Below, in pieces: positions 37,079-49,790 of a stretch of 64,000 nucleotides of DNA. Position numbers and translations under genes: made by a program. The stretch is taken from NCBI GenBank assembly GCA_965287045.1, contig OZ336884.1, positions 58,156,001-58,220,000 of the forward strand, read 5' to 3'. The notes under the pieces were generated by a model. That model ran no database searches, was not told the DNA's origin, and saw only the letters and a list, made by a program, of their open reading frames with translations. The stretch is from Carcharhinus amblyrhynchos. Its lineage: Eukaryota. Position 1 is the first letter of the stretch, and each line of letters begins with the position of its first letter.

Positions 37079-37480
37079 ATCTGCACCCTATCTACTGAGA
37101 GGGGGTGGTTAGAGATAGACATCTTTTCCTTGAACTGACTAGAGGACTTCAGCTATAATCTAGATAGAGCTTTACACAACTGCAGGACTAACATTCATCC
37201 CTTTGAATTCCAGCTACCTTGAGACAAAAGCGACTGTCTCTTCACCTCTTTAGCTTTTGAATGATTTTGCGCATCAACCCTAAATTTTGCCTGCTCCTCC
37301 ACAGTTCCTAGCTTTTCATTATTTAGAAATTTTTAAAAAAGCTGTGTCTATTTGAAACATTAATTGTGTTCGTAATTTACAAATCAACCTGTCCTGAAAA
37401 AGTTGGGATTTCTTAATTTGATTATAAAAATCAAGAAATTAATAAAAACATGGCAGTTAATTCTGTGCACATGCCAGGCC

Positions 37481-37769
37481 AGTGCTGCCTCACAGTGCCA
37501 GGGACCCAAATTCAATTCTGGCCCTGGGTGACTGTCTGCATGGAATTTTCATGTTCTCTCTGTGTCTGCGTGTGTTTCCTCCGGATGCTCTGGTTTCCTC
37601 CTACAGTCCAAAGTTGTGCGGGTTAGGTTGGTTGGCCCTTAGTGGCCGTTAGGGAGCTTAGCAGCGTAAATATGTGACGTTACGGGGATAGAGCCTGGGA
37701 GGGATTGTTGTCGGTGTAGGCTCAATGAGCTGAATGGCCTCTTCTTGTACTGTAGGGATTCTATGATTC
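37481..37769 (+). mobile_element. HE1-type V-SINE
   Basis: gctgcctcacagtgccagggaccc..ggtttcctcc..tccaaag..gggattctatgattc. Confidence 0.88.
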
Positions 37770-38289
37770 AATTTTCATTTTAGACTGTATAAGATATTAT
37801 TGGTAGTTATACAAAGCTGCTTAATACAGACACTTTTTTTTGCTACTCCCTGGAGTCTCACTTGCATATTTATGGTGCAGAAACAGGATTAATGTTCCAT
37901 CGCACATTATACTGGACTACTCGTGTCTAACTGTTCATTTGTATTTCTGTCCCTGTGAGGCAACATAACCTGATATTTGAACTGCTTCTGGACAAAATGG
38001 TTAACATATCACGGCATTAGTTGTACAGTCATCCGTCTTATAATTCTAACCAGTAAGATTCTCAAGATGGTGAACAAAATAATTTGGGAAGTGGTGAAAT
38101 TTGCTTCATGTAGGCATATTCCTATATACTTACAGTGAATCAATTATAAATGAACATGGAAACAGATAGAAATAAGATGTTCTTCCATTCTCCATTTTCA
38201 TGATACATGGGGTATAAGTTAAATAGCCAACAATAAACCATTAAATATAACAGCTGTGATTCTCTCAAATTGTGATTAAAAGTTCACTG

Positions 38290-39677
38290 TTCTGGGCTTG
38301 GGCCACCATTTTTAAAGGGCAACCTGATCTTCACACTCATTTATCAGTCTAACTTTCAATCAAGATTAGATTCTATCTACATTGCAGTCAGGATCAATGG
38401 GGTACTTGAGGTGCAGTCAACCCTGAGGGGAAATCAAAATGAACACAGATGGCTGGAAGATGACAGAGATCCCTTGATCTGACAGCTGAATCTTGTATGA
38501 GGCACAACTTATTGAACTTCTGGCAGAACAAAGGTTTCGAGTGCAATGGAGAGGGTTTCAATGATTTCTGATTGCTCAGAAGCCACAGCAATGCCAAATC
38601 AAAGCCATGTGCCAACATTGCGGCTCAGTGCACAGCTGGGTAGATGGAAAATGCCCCACCTCACGTGAACTTGACATCTCCCCTCTGTCAAATGACTTCA
38701 GAGCAGTGTGATCTCACCTGCAGCTTCTGACAGAGAAAAAGGAAAATCTCTGCTGCAGAATGGAGTGCTGCAATGATTTAAAATTCTGTCAGATGACCAG
38801 GAAGCATAGAAGTTAAAGTGACCAGGCCACTTCAGGATTTTCAGATGTTGATCACAGTGCTGCCTAAATCACCATGCTAGGGGTGCCAGGTCTGCCAGGG
38901 GTAGAAGGGGCAGTTCAGCCATGATACACCCATCATAGCAGAGAGTGGCAAGGTCAACCCCCTTGCCCCCCAGCCCAGTTAATCAGTGTGAGAGCCTTTC
39001 TCGGCCGCCTGGCAGCAACTGGGTAGCAAATGGCCACTGGACCTATCTCCTCAAGCCCCCTCAGGTCTCAAGGCTCCAGAACAGGGTATCAGTGCCAGGG
39101 GGCAGTGCACTATTGGCATTGCTTGGCCTGAAGAGAGGCTGACTGGGGGGGGTCATGAGGGAGGAGGGGAGGCTGAGTGAGGGTCTGAGGGGAGAGGAGG
39201 GCTGGAGCAGGGCTTGGGAGGCTCTGAATGGGAGTCTGGGGAGGAGGGCAGGTGCTAAGGGAGGAGTCAGGTTGGATAAATCTCATGCCTGTGTGATGTG
39301 GGGAAGATAGGGTTCCTCTCATTGATGAGGTATTGGTGGTGCATCCTCGACCCTCAGGGTTCAACAAGCCAGGTCTTTGCTTGTGAGGATCTGTACCAAA
39401 GGCTGCCTGGTGCAGATCCTGGTGGGGAGGTGGGTGAAAAGCGAGGGGCATTTGGCTCAGGCTGCAAGCCTGCTAGTTGTATTTTAATGTGTGTATTTGA
39501 ATATTAATAGGCTTCCCACCCATTCTGGCTGGGAACCTAATCGGCACCAGCGGTGCCGCCTGGAAGGGTCACAGTGAGTCTGGTGACTGCCATAAAACTT
39601 TCTTCCCCACTGATTCCCTGATTCTGTGGGCCATTGCAATTTCAATCAGGGTTAGCTGGCCCGGAGAATTAGACTCG
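38290..39677. mobile_element. Degraded Harbinger-type DNA transposon relic
   Basis: GC-rich interior like the other MITE-related relics. Weak transposase-like fragments (QMTSEQC..; gttaaagtgacc) near 38690-38840. Confidence 0.35.
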
Positions 39678-39684
39678 CAACTTA

Positions 39685-42245
39685 TAAGAACATAAGAACA
39701 TAAGAAATAGGAGCAGGAGTAGGCCATCCAGCCCTTCGAGCCTGCCCCGCCATTCAATAAGATCATGGCTGATCTGTCGCTGCTCAGTTCCACTTTCCCG
39801 CCCTCTCCCCATAACCCTTAATCCCCTCTCCTATCAAAAACCCATCAACCCGTGTCTTAAAAATATTTAGCGAGGCAGCCTCCACCACTTCAACGGGCAG
39901 AGAATTCCAGAGATTCACCACCCTTTGAGTGAAGAAGTTCCTCCTCAACTCTGTTCTAAACCGCCCCCCTTTTATCTTGAGGCTGTGCCCCCTAGTCCTA
40001 TTGTCTTTTTTGAGCGGGAAGAGTCTTTCCACCTCTATCCTATCCATCCCATTCATCATCTTATACGTCTCAATGAGATCTCCTCTCATTCTTCTAAACT
40101 CTAACGAGTACAAGCCCAGTTTATTCAGCCTCTCCTCATAGCTCAACCCCCTCAACTCCGGTATCAGCCTAGTAAACCTCCTCTGCACTCCCTCCAAGGC
40201 CAAAATATCTTTGCGTAGGTGCGGCGCCCAAAAATGCACACAGTACTCCAGTTGCGGCCTCACCAATGCCCTATACAGCTGCAGCAAGACCTCCCTACTT
40301 TTATATTCAATCCCCTTCGCTATGAAGGCCAGCATCCCATTCGCCTTCCTGACCACCTGCTGCACCTGCAAGCTGGGTTTTTGCGACTCATGCACAAGGA
40401 CCCCGAGGTCCCTCTGCACCGTCGCCTGCTGCAGTTTTTCGCCTCGTAAGTAATAGTCCTTCCTACCATTTTTCCTACCAAAGTGGACCACCTCACACTT
40501 GCCAACATTAAATTCCATTTGCCATTTCCTGGCCCATTCGCCCAGCCTATCTAGATCCTTCTGCAGACTCTCCACACCCTCCGCACAATTTGCCGTTCCC
40601 CCAATCTTGGTGTCATCAGCAAATTTCGACACTCTACACTCGGTTCCCTCCTCCAGATCATCTATATAAATGGTAAAAAGCTGAGGCCCCAGCACCGACC
40701 CCTGGGGCACTCCACTAGTCACCATCCGCCAATCCGAATAGCACCCGTTGACCCCCACTCTCTGCCTCCTATTTGACAACCAATCTTCTATCCACGCTAA
40801 CACCTTACCCCCAACTCCATGTCCCTCGACCTTCTGCAATAACCTCTTGTGAGGCACTTTGTCAAACGCTTTCTGAAAATCTAGAAAGACCACATCCACC
40901 GGCTCTCCTCTATCCACTGCCCTAGACACATCCTCATAGAACTCCAGTAAATTTGTCAGACACGACTTCCCTTTAATGAAACCATGCTGCGTCTGCTCTA
41001 TCAAGCAATTCCCTTCAAGATGCCTCGCAAATTCCTCCTTGATGACAGATTCTAACATTTTACCTACCACAGATGTTAAACTAACCGGCCTATAATTCCC
41101 CGCCTTTTGCCTGGCACCCTTCTTAAACAACGGCGTAACATTAGCCGTTTTCCAATCATCCGGCACTTCCCCGGAATCCAGCGACGTTTGGAAAATAACC
41201 ACCAAGGCATCCACTATCACCTCCGCCATTTCTTTCAGAACCCTCGGATGCATTCCATCCGGTCCTGGGGACTTGTCCACAATCAGCCCCTCCAGTCTGT
41301 CGAGCACCGCCTTTCTAGTAACAGTAATGTCATTAAGACCCTCCAGTCCTACCACCTTTCTATCGCTAACACCCGGCAAATTATTCACGTCCTCCTCCGT
41401 GAAGACAGAAACAAAAAAATTATTCAATACCTTAGCCATATCCCCATCCCCTACCACTAGGTCCCCTTTCTCATCCTCTAAAGGACCAACATTCACCCTA
41501 GCCAGCCTCTTCCTTTTTATATATTTATAAAAACTCTTGCTATCCTTTTTTATATTAAGCGCTAGCCCAGCTTCATAGTTTCTCCTACCCTTCCTTATCA
41601 ACTTCTTTGTCAATCTTTGTTGACATTTAAACCTCTCCCAATCCTCTTCTCGCCCACTACTCTTAGCTACTCTAAATTCCTCCGCTTTTAGTTTAACACT
41701 TTCCTTCACCTCCTTTGTTATCCACGGCTTATTACCTCTCCTCCTACTATCCTTTTTGACCATCGGAATAAATTTCCGTTGAGCACCAAGAAAGATCTCC
41801 TTAAAGATCCTCCACTGCTCCTCAACAGACCCTCCCTCCAACGCGCTCTCCCAGTCCACATTCGCCAATTCTTCTCTCATCCTACCGTATTTCCCTCTAT
41901 TCAAACAAAGGACGCGTGTCCGGGAACCCACTTTCTCCTCCTCCATCTGCACCAGAAACTCCACCATACAATGATCACTCTCCCCAAGAGGATCCTTCAC
42001 CACAAGGTCCCTAATTCTACCCGCCTCATTACATAGCACCAGATCCAAGATAGCTCGCTCCCTCGTCGGCTCCAACACACACTGTTCGAGGAAACTATCC
42101 CGGCAGCATTCCAAGAACTCTTCCTCGAGCCCCCCACGTCCAACATGGGTCGACCAATCATTATGCAGATTGAAATCCCCCATAACTACGGCCGTCCCAT
42201 TCTTGCACGCCGCACTTATTTGCGCGTTAACAGCCCTCCCCATCT
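39685..42245 (-). mobile_element. Young 5'-truncated CR1 LINE with 7-bp TSD
   Basis: (TTCTTATG)n tail at 39685-39706. TSD caactta at 39678-39684 and 42246-42252. CpG-rich, uninterrupted ORF. Confidence 0.97.
39784..42243 (-). CDS. CR1 ORF2 (partial APE endonuclease plus complete reverse transcriptase), 819-aa open frame
   Basis: GDFN, LDLVL, SDH (APE C-half). NYRPVSLTS, QHGF, LDFQKAFDKV, GVPQGSVLGP, FADD. The APE N-half is lost by 5' truncation. Confidence 0.93.
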   Translation of the reverse strand: MGRAVNAQISAACKNGTAVVMGDFNLHNDWSTHVGRGGLEEEFLECCRDSFLEQCVLEPTRERAILDLVLCNEAGRIRDLVVKDPLGESDHCMVEFLVQMEEEKVGSRTRVLCLNRGKYGRMREELANVDWESALEGGSVEEQWRIFKEIFLGAQRKFIPMVKKDSRRRGNKPWITKEVKESVKLKAEEFRVAKSSGREEDWERFKCQQRLTKKLIRKGRRNYEAGLALNIKKDSKSFYKYIKRKRLARVNVGPLEDEKGDLVVGDGDMAKVLNNFFVSVFTEEDVNNLPGVSDRKVVGLEGLNDITVTRKAVLDRLEGLIVDKSPGPDGMHPRVLKEMAEVIVDALVVIFQTSLDSGEVPDDWKTANVTPLFKKGARQKAGNYRPVSLTSVVGKMLESVIKEEFARHLEGNCLIEQTQHGFIKGKSCLTNLLEFYEDVSRAVDRGEPVDVVFLDFQKAFDKVPHKRLLQKVEGHGVGGKVLAWIEDWLSNRRQRVGVNGCYSDWRMVTSGVPQGSVLGPQLFTIYIDDLEEGTECRVSKFADDTKIGGTANCAEGVESLQKDLDRLGEWARKWQMEFNVGKCEVVHFGRKNGRKDYYLRGEKLQQATVQRDLGVLVHESQKPSLQVQQVVRKANGMLAFIAKGIEYKSREVLLQLYRALVRPQLEYCVHFWAPHLRKDILALEGVQRRFTRLIPELRGLSYEERLNKLGLYSLEFRRMRGDLIETYKMMNGMDRIEVERLFPLKKDNRTRGHSLKIKGGRFRTELRRNFFTQRVVNLWNSLPVEVVEAASLNIFKTRVDGFLIGEGIKGYGERAGKWN

Positions 42246-43849
42246 CAACTTACTTGAGTCCATTCGTGGGATAAACTGAGTTCATTGCTTTACTATGAAA
42301 AGCCCATGTGTTTATAAATAAATAAATAATAATTGCATGAGAATTCTATGGAGCTGCGTTACAGAACTTGTCACAAAATGGTATGTGCACAAGGGTATTT
42401 GTTTTCCTTATTTGCATAACTAGGCTGCTATTCCATCCTCAACAGAACTTGAATAAAAATCCTTCAGTTATGTTTGATGTTTTCAGAAGTTATGCAACAT
42501 ATTTCAACTTTGTGAAACTCAAAAAGAACTTTTCAAAAGACGGAAAAGAAAAAATAGGTGATAACTGCCTCCTCATGAAATGTAAAGCTGCGCTTTTACT
42601 TTATGTTAGTTGTTTAGCTTCAGCAAACAATTCACTGTAAAATTGTTGATTCTCAGCCATTGTTTATGGATAATTGGAGCTAATTGCTGATAACTGATGG
42701 TAGCCTGATTCTGTTCCTGAAAATGGTGCCATCCCAAAAAGGCAAGAATGAGTTAAAACAGCCTAGTCAATGATGATATTGATACCCTGAGAAATGTGAA
42801 GTGTCTATATGGTTTCCTGCAAAACCTGAGGACCAATTGAATCACGCCAGTTGATTGTTTCTCCGTCATTGAGTGAAATTTTAACCCTTAAAGTGCATGG
42901 ATTTGGGCCAGATGAACTATGAGAATTTTAGGAACCTGAAACCAACACACCTTGATTTGAACAGAAACAAAATGGAATATGGGAGGAGTTGGGAATATGG
43001 TTGTATATTTAAATATAATAATGAGGCCTACTGCCCAGATTGTATCTATCTTCCTGATTTAACCCTAGCTGGCCAGTTTTCCCCGGTATTTGAATACCCA
43101 GGAGCTAAGGGAAGTCAAGAACTGCTGAGTGGAAGTGGTAAGTATTTTTCCAGCACTGCTTGTGGGCCAGAAGGTGCATAAATGCCTTCTCCCACTCCAC
43201 CAAGTTTACCAACTTCATCCTTCCCGAATATCAGTACCCTCCTAAGATTCAAAACTTCTCTCCTGCTACCCCTAACCCAGCTGCAGGTTCCCCACTCGCT
43301 CATACATTGCAATCTCCTCTAGAATGTTCCACAGCCAACGGGGAACCAAACCTTTCCATCAGATTGATTTTTTGGGGGGGGGACCCTGATGGAAAGGAAA
43401 GACGTGAACAATGGAAAATTCCACAGCGCAAGTGGGAAGTCTGTGATTCCTGATTCTCATCCACAATGTTGCCCCTTACTCCTTCCCAGCTCAGAAAACC
43501 TGTCCCAGACAAGATTGTAGCCATTGTATTTTCCACTGGTCCTAAGGTTCCTATTTTTAAATTGGATTAACTTTTCAAAACTCACCAATTTATAAGGTGT
43601 TTTATGTTTTTATTTTAGAAGTTAGAATACCACTGTAGATTGGTTAGCTGTTAAAAATCATTTGTTTTCCTTCGTAATGAGTACACTGCAATCTGCGGTT
43701 TCACCAGTTCCTCTTCTCAGAGACAGATTCAGGGAATAGGATGCTTACCTTACACCCTTCCACAGATGATTTTTGTTGGTGTCGTGTTCCTTTTTTCCTC
43801 TCTTCCCACTATTAATCTGTGTTCTCCAATTCCCGAGCTGTACTCAATG

Positions 43850-44008
43850 TCCTTTAGGGAAGGAAATTTGTTGCTTTTACCTGGTCTGGCCTATAAGTGA
43901 TTCCAGATGCACAGCAATGTGGTTGACTCTAATTAAATGCCCTTGGATGGGCAATAAATGCTGGCTCAGTCAGCGACACCCACATATCCCAGGAATGAAT
44001 GAAGAAAG
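43850..44008 (+). mobile_element. MetaSINE-like SINE 3' half
   Basis: tgtcctttagggaaggaaat..acctggtctggcctata..cagcaatgtggttgactct..ggatgggcaataaatgctggc..gaatgaatgaa. Confidence 0.7.
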
Positions 44009-44083
44009 AATACACGTCATTCTCACTGATGGCCAGACTTCTCATGAAGTTTCATTCCAAGTGTAACAGAGTACTTTGCACAA

Positions 44084-44269
44084 CGCAAAATGCTGTGGAT
44101 GCTGGAATTTGAAACAAAAATAGAAAATGCTGGAAAATCTCAGCAGGTCTGATAGCACCTTTCGAGAGAGAACAGAACTAATGGTTCAAGTCTGGATGAC
44201 TCTTAACATTAGCCCTATTATCTCTCCACCTATCACATCAGACCTGCTGATATTTTCTAGCATTTTCTG
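44084..44269. mobile_element. Penelope-like (family 2) short fold-back insertion
   Basis: Inverted arms agaaaatgctggaaaatctcagcaggtctgat / atcagacctgctgatattttctagcattttct, a left-only ~39-nt tail, and an 11-bp TSD actttgcacaa at 44073-44083 and 44270-44280. Confidence 0.8.
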
Positions 44270-44535
44270 ACTTTGCACAAAGGGTTCGATTCAGTCAGCA
44301 AATTGTTATTTATCCTAAAAAATACAATAATAACCTTAGTTCCACTTGCACATGCCATGCATTCCCACCTAAAGGGGATTTATCCTGTAGCACAGCAGCA
44401 GATGGGTGAAATGGGATAGGCATGTCTCAAGGAGAAAAATAGTTGCAGTCTGTGTGAGGGTAGTATGCTGGGTCAAATATTTAATTATTGAGTTGTTCTG
44501 AGCTTCAATATAATTGTTTCAGGAATCTTTTACTT

Positions 44536-44873
44536 CATAGATCATAGAACCCTACAGTGCAGAAAGAGGCTCTTCAGCCCATCGAGTCTGCACCAACCAC
44601 AATCCTACCCAGGACCTACCCCCATATCCCCATATATTACATCCACTAATCCCTCTAACCTACACATTCCTAGACACTAAGGGGCAATTTCTTAGCATGG
44701 CCAATCAACCTAGCCCGCACATCTTTGGACTGTGGGAGGAAACCGGAGCAAACCCACGCAGACTCGAGGAGAACATGCAAACTCCACACAAACAGTGATC
44801 CAAGCCAGGAATTGAACCCAGGACCCTGGAGCTGTGAAGCAGCAGTGCTAACCACTGTGTTACCGTGCCGCCC
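44536..44873 (-). mobile_element. HE1-type V-SINE, full length, young
   Basis: catagatcatagaac tail through to ccgtgccgccc head. Confidence 0.93.
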
Positions 44874-47800
44874 AGACTGGACACTTTACACCAAATTTTA
44901 CAGTGACCTACAACAGTAGTTTTTATGGGATTTCTCATATCCACTTCCTTTGAAGTCATGGCTTCAAGCATGTTGTCTGTTAGCAGAATGTAGGCTGCAC
45001 CTAACATTAGATTGGTCAAGCTTATTTTGAGTGAATAGAACCTTTTAAATGTCAGCAAAAAATCAATACAGTGGTGGTTGATCAAATCCTTCACTGATGT
45101 GAGGAATCCATCACGTAGGCATTTATTCTGAGCGCTTTTGAATGTGAATCATGTGGGTTACGTAGTTGGTTGATGTGGCTGAAAGAGTATCTTGAGAATC
45201 TGCCAACCAGTCCACTGAGTAGATTTTGTTTTCTGTCCAGACAGTGGCATGAATAATCCATAAACCCTTTTCGTAATTAATTACTCTCCCTTATCTAAGA
45301 GTACATGCAGGCCACCATGCTACAAAGGCAGACTGCTGTCTAGATAAAAGTGAACAGGAGTTGTTTGTGAGGTCCTCACATTTTAGAGGATGTGGGGAAC
45401 AGGATGTGACTTGTTTAATCCAGCTACTGCAACTTAAATGGACGTTTGTCATAAGCTCAATCAGTGCACACAAATGGGATTTTCATCCAAACAATGTGAA
45501 CAGTACAGATGTGCAATGGGAAATGCCCCAAAAAGATTCACCGTCATTGTTTCCTTATGACTAGTCAGGCAAGACACAATCTCTATTGTGCTGGAGTAGA
45601 ATGAAGATCTATCTACATTTTTCTGCCAAAGTCAAATTGGAAAATTAGTCTCTGGTTCAAAAGCATATTGCAGCACTCCGTAAGCAAAGGCATCATTGAA
45701 TAATCTTTAAGAGAAATAAAATAAGCTGAACATAGCCACCTGTTTCCTTGCTTAACATAGAAAATGAAATTTGCAAATGGTAGCTCAACTTATCAATGTG
45801 TGTTGAAAAAATATTGTAAAAATTCAACAAACTTCTGTTTAATTTCATTTCAAAGCCCTGAGGCAAACATGTCTTCTTCAAACATTGAGACCAAATCCGG
45901 ATGGTAGAGATGTGAAGATTCTTATGCTGATTCCGATACATGATGACCTGAATTCTGTGAATACCCCTCAGAATCATTTCAGGTGATATTTGGCTTTTCT
46001 GGCTTGGAGTCTCATGCTCTAAAGATACACAGTTAAAATGTGGATGCATTCCGATATACTTGCCTGAACGTGACTTGATATGGTCAAAAAAAACTCCTTA
46101 ATGGGGGGTGAAAATCTGTTGGGATCCTCCATCTTCCACCGTAACTTTGACAGAAGAGCTGCAGAAACCCAGAAAGAGGCTTCTTTGTTAGTCTGGTTTC
46201 TTTGCTACTCTTCTGGTGCTACACCAGATGTGTGGGAGAACTTTTGTGGGGATTCAGCATCCCCCACCTGCGCCCCACACATACACCGAGATTCGACCAA
46301 ATGCATTCCTTTGATTAATTTATAAATTGATCATTCCGCTTCCAACTATTTTTAGTGATTGCATTTTAATTGTCACGACTCAGATGCTAAGGCCACAGTA
46401 GGAGGTAAATGACAACACAGCATAGACTAAAGCAATTTTTTTATAACCCTTTCAACAATCAAACAGAAGCAGTGAATTGTGATATCAGTTGTTGATGGAA
46501 ATCTCTGATTATTTGTAACAAATCCTCTAAAAATGCTTCATTTGTTATTTAGATCATGGGGAGGTATTCAGAGTAATTGATCAATGTTTGATCTTACATT
46601 GGGCATACAGTTTTGAGAATTCTTGAAAGGCTTGTGGTATTGCAATTCCTGACATCATTTAATGGCAATGTGAGCTAAATGACAACTAAAATTGTTGGGT
46701 CAACTTGATGGAACTTGTAGAATACCAAGCTTAGTATTTTTCAACAAATCTCTCCTCAGCTGGTACCTTGAACAGTTACCAAGACATCACAGCTCAGTAC
46801 CCAGTCATTCTGTCCTTTGCTGTATCCTAGCATTTATGCTTCAGTTGAGCCTCATTGCTGCATTATTCTAAATAGAACGAGCGACATTGATGTTGTTTCA
46901 AAGATGCTCCCCCGTGGCACGCCCCCTCCCTCCCCCAGAATAAAAGGTAACTTCTTCTCTAAGAAGGAACAAGAGATCAATACGTTACTTTATTGATGGT
47001 GGGATCTTTGAAGAATCATCGGAGTTTTCTTAAACTAAATTCAATGACATATTGTATTCTCAAATAAATGGGTTTGTTTCTCACCTTGAATCATAAAATT
47101 ATTCAAACATTTCCTCATAGTTCATTCTTCTTACACTTGGAATCAATCTTTTTCCTTTCCTCTGTGCCCTCTCCGATACATGTGTATCTTTTTAGTTTGT
47201 ATAGCGAGGAAAATTGACCACAATAATCTTGAGTGCTAATGTATCATAAAGCCCCAGCATAATTTGCATAGCCTTATATTCTATTATTTTATGTCCCTAA
47301 ATTTTATTAACATTTTAAATGTTTATGTCATATTGCCTGGACAGTGAAAGTGGCATAGGTATTAGTCCCAGGCCCCGCTCAAAGTCTTCCTGCATTAATT
47401 TTGTCCCATTCACTGTATGTTTGTGAGTGATATGTTTCTTGTTATGCACAGCACATCTGTTAATTTTAACTTCCAATTGCCCTTTCCTGCTCAATTCCAA
47501 AATAATCTAAATACTTTTGTAAATCTTGAGCAGGACCATTTAACTTTGATGCTGTCATTTCTGAATGCCCCTGCCCACATAATAATGCTTGGCCCACAGG
47601 GAAGATTGTCATCTTCCTCCGAGGTCACCATCAATATTGTGGCCCAATTATTTTGATGGATGTAGGCATAGTTGCAGCACAAAAGCAAGTAAGTCACTGC
47701 ACTTACTGAAAAGGACAAGGCGTACAATTTAATAAAACCTTCCCACCCCCCAGTTTTTACGTAGAGTTAACTTCAGCTGATGCTCAGTTTACTCCCTGTC

Positions 47801-48019
47801 TGTAAATAAAACAATTTAACAATTTGAACCCAGCCACATTTGCCTCTTGGATTACACTGACTGAATAGATATTGGATGGTACAGGCAGCCTCCTGGATTT
47901 AAAATGCTCAGGCTGCAAATCCGAGTGATCAGCACTGCTGAACCTGAGATAACGTAGTACTGATGTTACGGATAGAGTGGACATTCAGCAATGTATTTAG
48001 AGAGTATGGCAAAGCAAAT

Positions 48020-48850
48020 GATAACCTATCCATTGCTTGTGGGAATGCTTGGCTCTGTGCATCTGATAATACTTTCATTGTCTGGCATGCATATCATCCT
48101 GTGTTATAACTTTGCCAGGTTGGTATCTCATTTTTATCCAAACCTGGTGCTGCCCCTAACATGCTCACCTGCATTCCTCATTGTACCAAGGTTCATTCTG
48201 TGGCTTGATAACAAATGGTGGAATGTGGAATATGTCAAGCAATGAGGTTAGAGATTGTGGTTAAAAACAACTCTGCTGCTGCTGATAGCCCACCATACTT
48301 CTTGGATACCCAGTTTTGAGCTATAATCACTATTCTGAATCTATCCTATTCACATAGTGGTAGTGCCACACAACATGGTGGGGCGTGTTCTCATTGTGAA
48401 GACAGGACTTTGCATCCACTAGAACTGTGTGGTGGTCACTCCTACCTATACTGTTATGGACAGATGCATCAATGACAGGTAGATTGATGAAGGGGATTCA
48501 GTTTTCCCCTGTTGTTGGTTGTCACAGGCACAGTCAGGATTCGGCCATCAATGGTGCTACTTAGTCACTCTTGGTGATAGGCTGTGAAGACCCCACCAAG
48601 AGTACATTCTGTGCCCTTGTGACTATCTATGCTTCCACCAAATGGTGTTTAGCATGGAAGAATACTGATTCACCATTTGAGATAGGAAGATAGAGATATT
48701 TGGCCGTATTTGCCTTGATGTCGTGACCCTTTATGGAATCAATATTGAGGACTCCAGGAAAACTCCTTCCTGACTGTGTACTGTGATTATGCAAATTGTG
48801 TTGGGGCAGAATATACCCAAGAATGGTGATGGAGTAATCTGCGACATTTA
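48020..48850 (-). mobile_element. Old LINE, APE endonuclease region
   Basis: The reverse complement of 48420-48447 encodes GRSDHHTVL (APE SDH motif). Surrounding sequence is a degraded ORF. Confidence 0.55.
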
Positions 48851-49021
48851 TCAAAATTCTCCCACCTTGTCTGCCATGGAATCAGAGTGGGCAAGGGGCA
48901 GACAACAGAAAAGACCATTGACATCAAGTGAGAATTTCCAGTCTTGCTCAATCGAGACTATAAAATCCCACCCATTGTCTATCAGGTGTGACTTTACGAC
49001 TAATATACAGACCTCCCAACA

Positions 49022-49790
49022 TTTTCATAGGATGTGGGCATTCCAGGCAAAATAAGCATTTGTTACCCATTCCTAACCGCCCTGGAACTGAATGATTTGT
49101 TTGACCAATTCAGAGGGCAGTTAAAGTTCAATGGCATTGCTGCAGTATAGAGTCACTGTAGTCTGGACCAGGTAAAGAGAGCAAATTTCCTTCCCAATAT
49201 GGGCATTAGTGAGCCAATCAATGATAATTTTATGGCCACCATTACTGAATCTAGTTTCATATTATAGATTTTATTATATCCCATTAGCTGCTATTGTGGG
49301 ATTTGAACCTATGTTTCTCGGACATTAGCTTCAGCTTCTTGATTGCTAGTCTGGTAAATTTACCGCAACACCAGCATTTCCCCTGGCAGAAGGCATCAGT
49401 CCTCTTGACAACTACTTTTCAGAGTTGTTCGGCCATTGTTGTTTCTGGTAGGTCAATGTGGATATTCTTATTGGCTTCTCTGTCATGCATTGTACAACTG
49501 AGTAGTCTACTAGGCCATTTCAGATGACGGTTAAGTATCAACTATTCATATGTAGGCCAAACAGATAAGGAAAGCAGATGTCTTTTCCTGAAGGGCATTA
49601 GTGAACCAGATGAGTTTTTATGACAATCTGATATTTACATGGTCACCATCACTTACCAGATTTTAATTCCCAATTTATTAATGAGTTGAATTCACCAGTG
49701 CTGGGGTGGGATTTGAACTTGTGCCTCTAGAGTGATAACCTGGGCCTCTGTGTTACCATCACAATAAAATAAACACTACACCACTGTTCC
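49022..49790 (-). mobile_element. Two adjacent MetaSINE-like copies (49022-49380, 49490-49790)
   Basis: Both carry ggcattagtga(a/g)cca, atgg(c/t)caccat and tRNA-like gtgggatttgaac head remnants. Confidence 0.65.

Noticed and set aside
39685-39706. Short direct repeats (CATAAGAA)n as a CRISPR-like or satellite array
   Set aside because: This is the standard 8-bp CR1 3' terminal repeat with no spacers, in eukaryotic DNA.
39929-42036. Plus-strand ORFs opposite CR1 ORF2 (also 23918-27464)
   Set aside because: These are antisense shadows of the LINE coding frame.
43069-43137. AG..GTAAGT-bounded 69-nt open segment (AGQFSPVFEYPGAKGSQELLSGS)
   Set aside because: No recognisable protein similarity, weak acceptor, and a GC-rich context like the DNA-transposon relics, which often contain such donor motifs.
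45940-45987. ATGATGA..hairpin..TGAT resembling a SECIS element or C/D snoRNA
   Set aside because: The stem pairs in a register that does not form the tandem G.A quartet. There is no properly spaced D box with a terminal stem and no selenoprotein ORF nearby.
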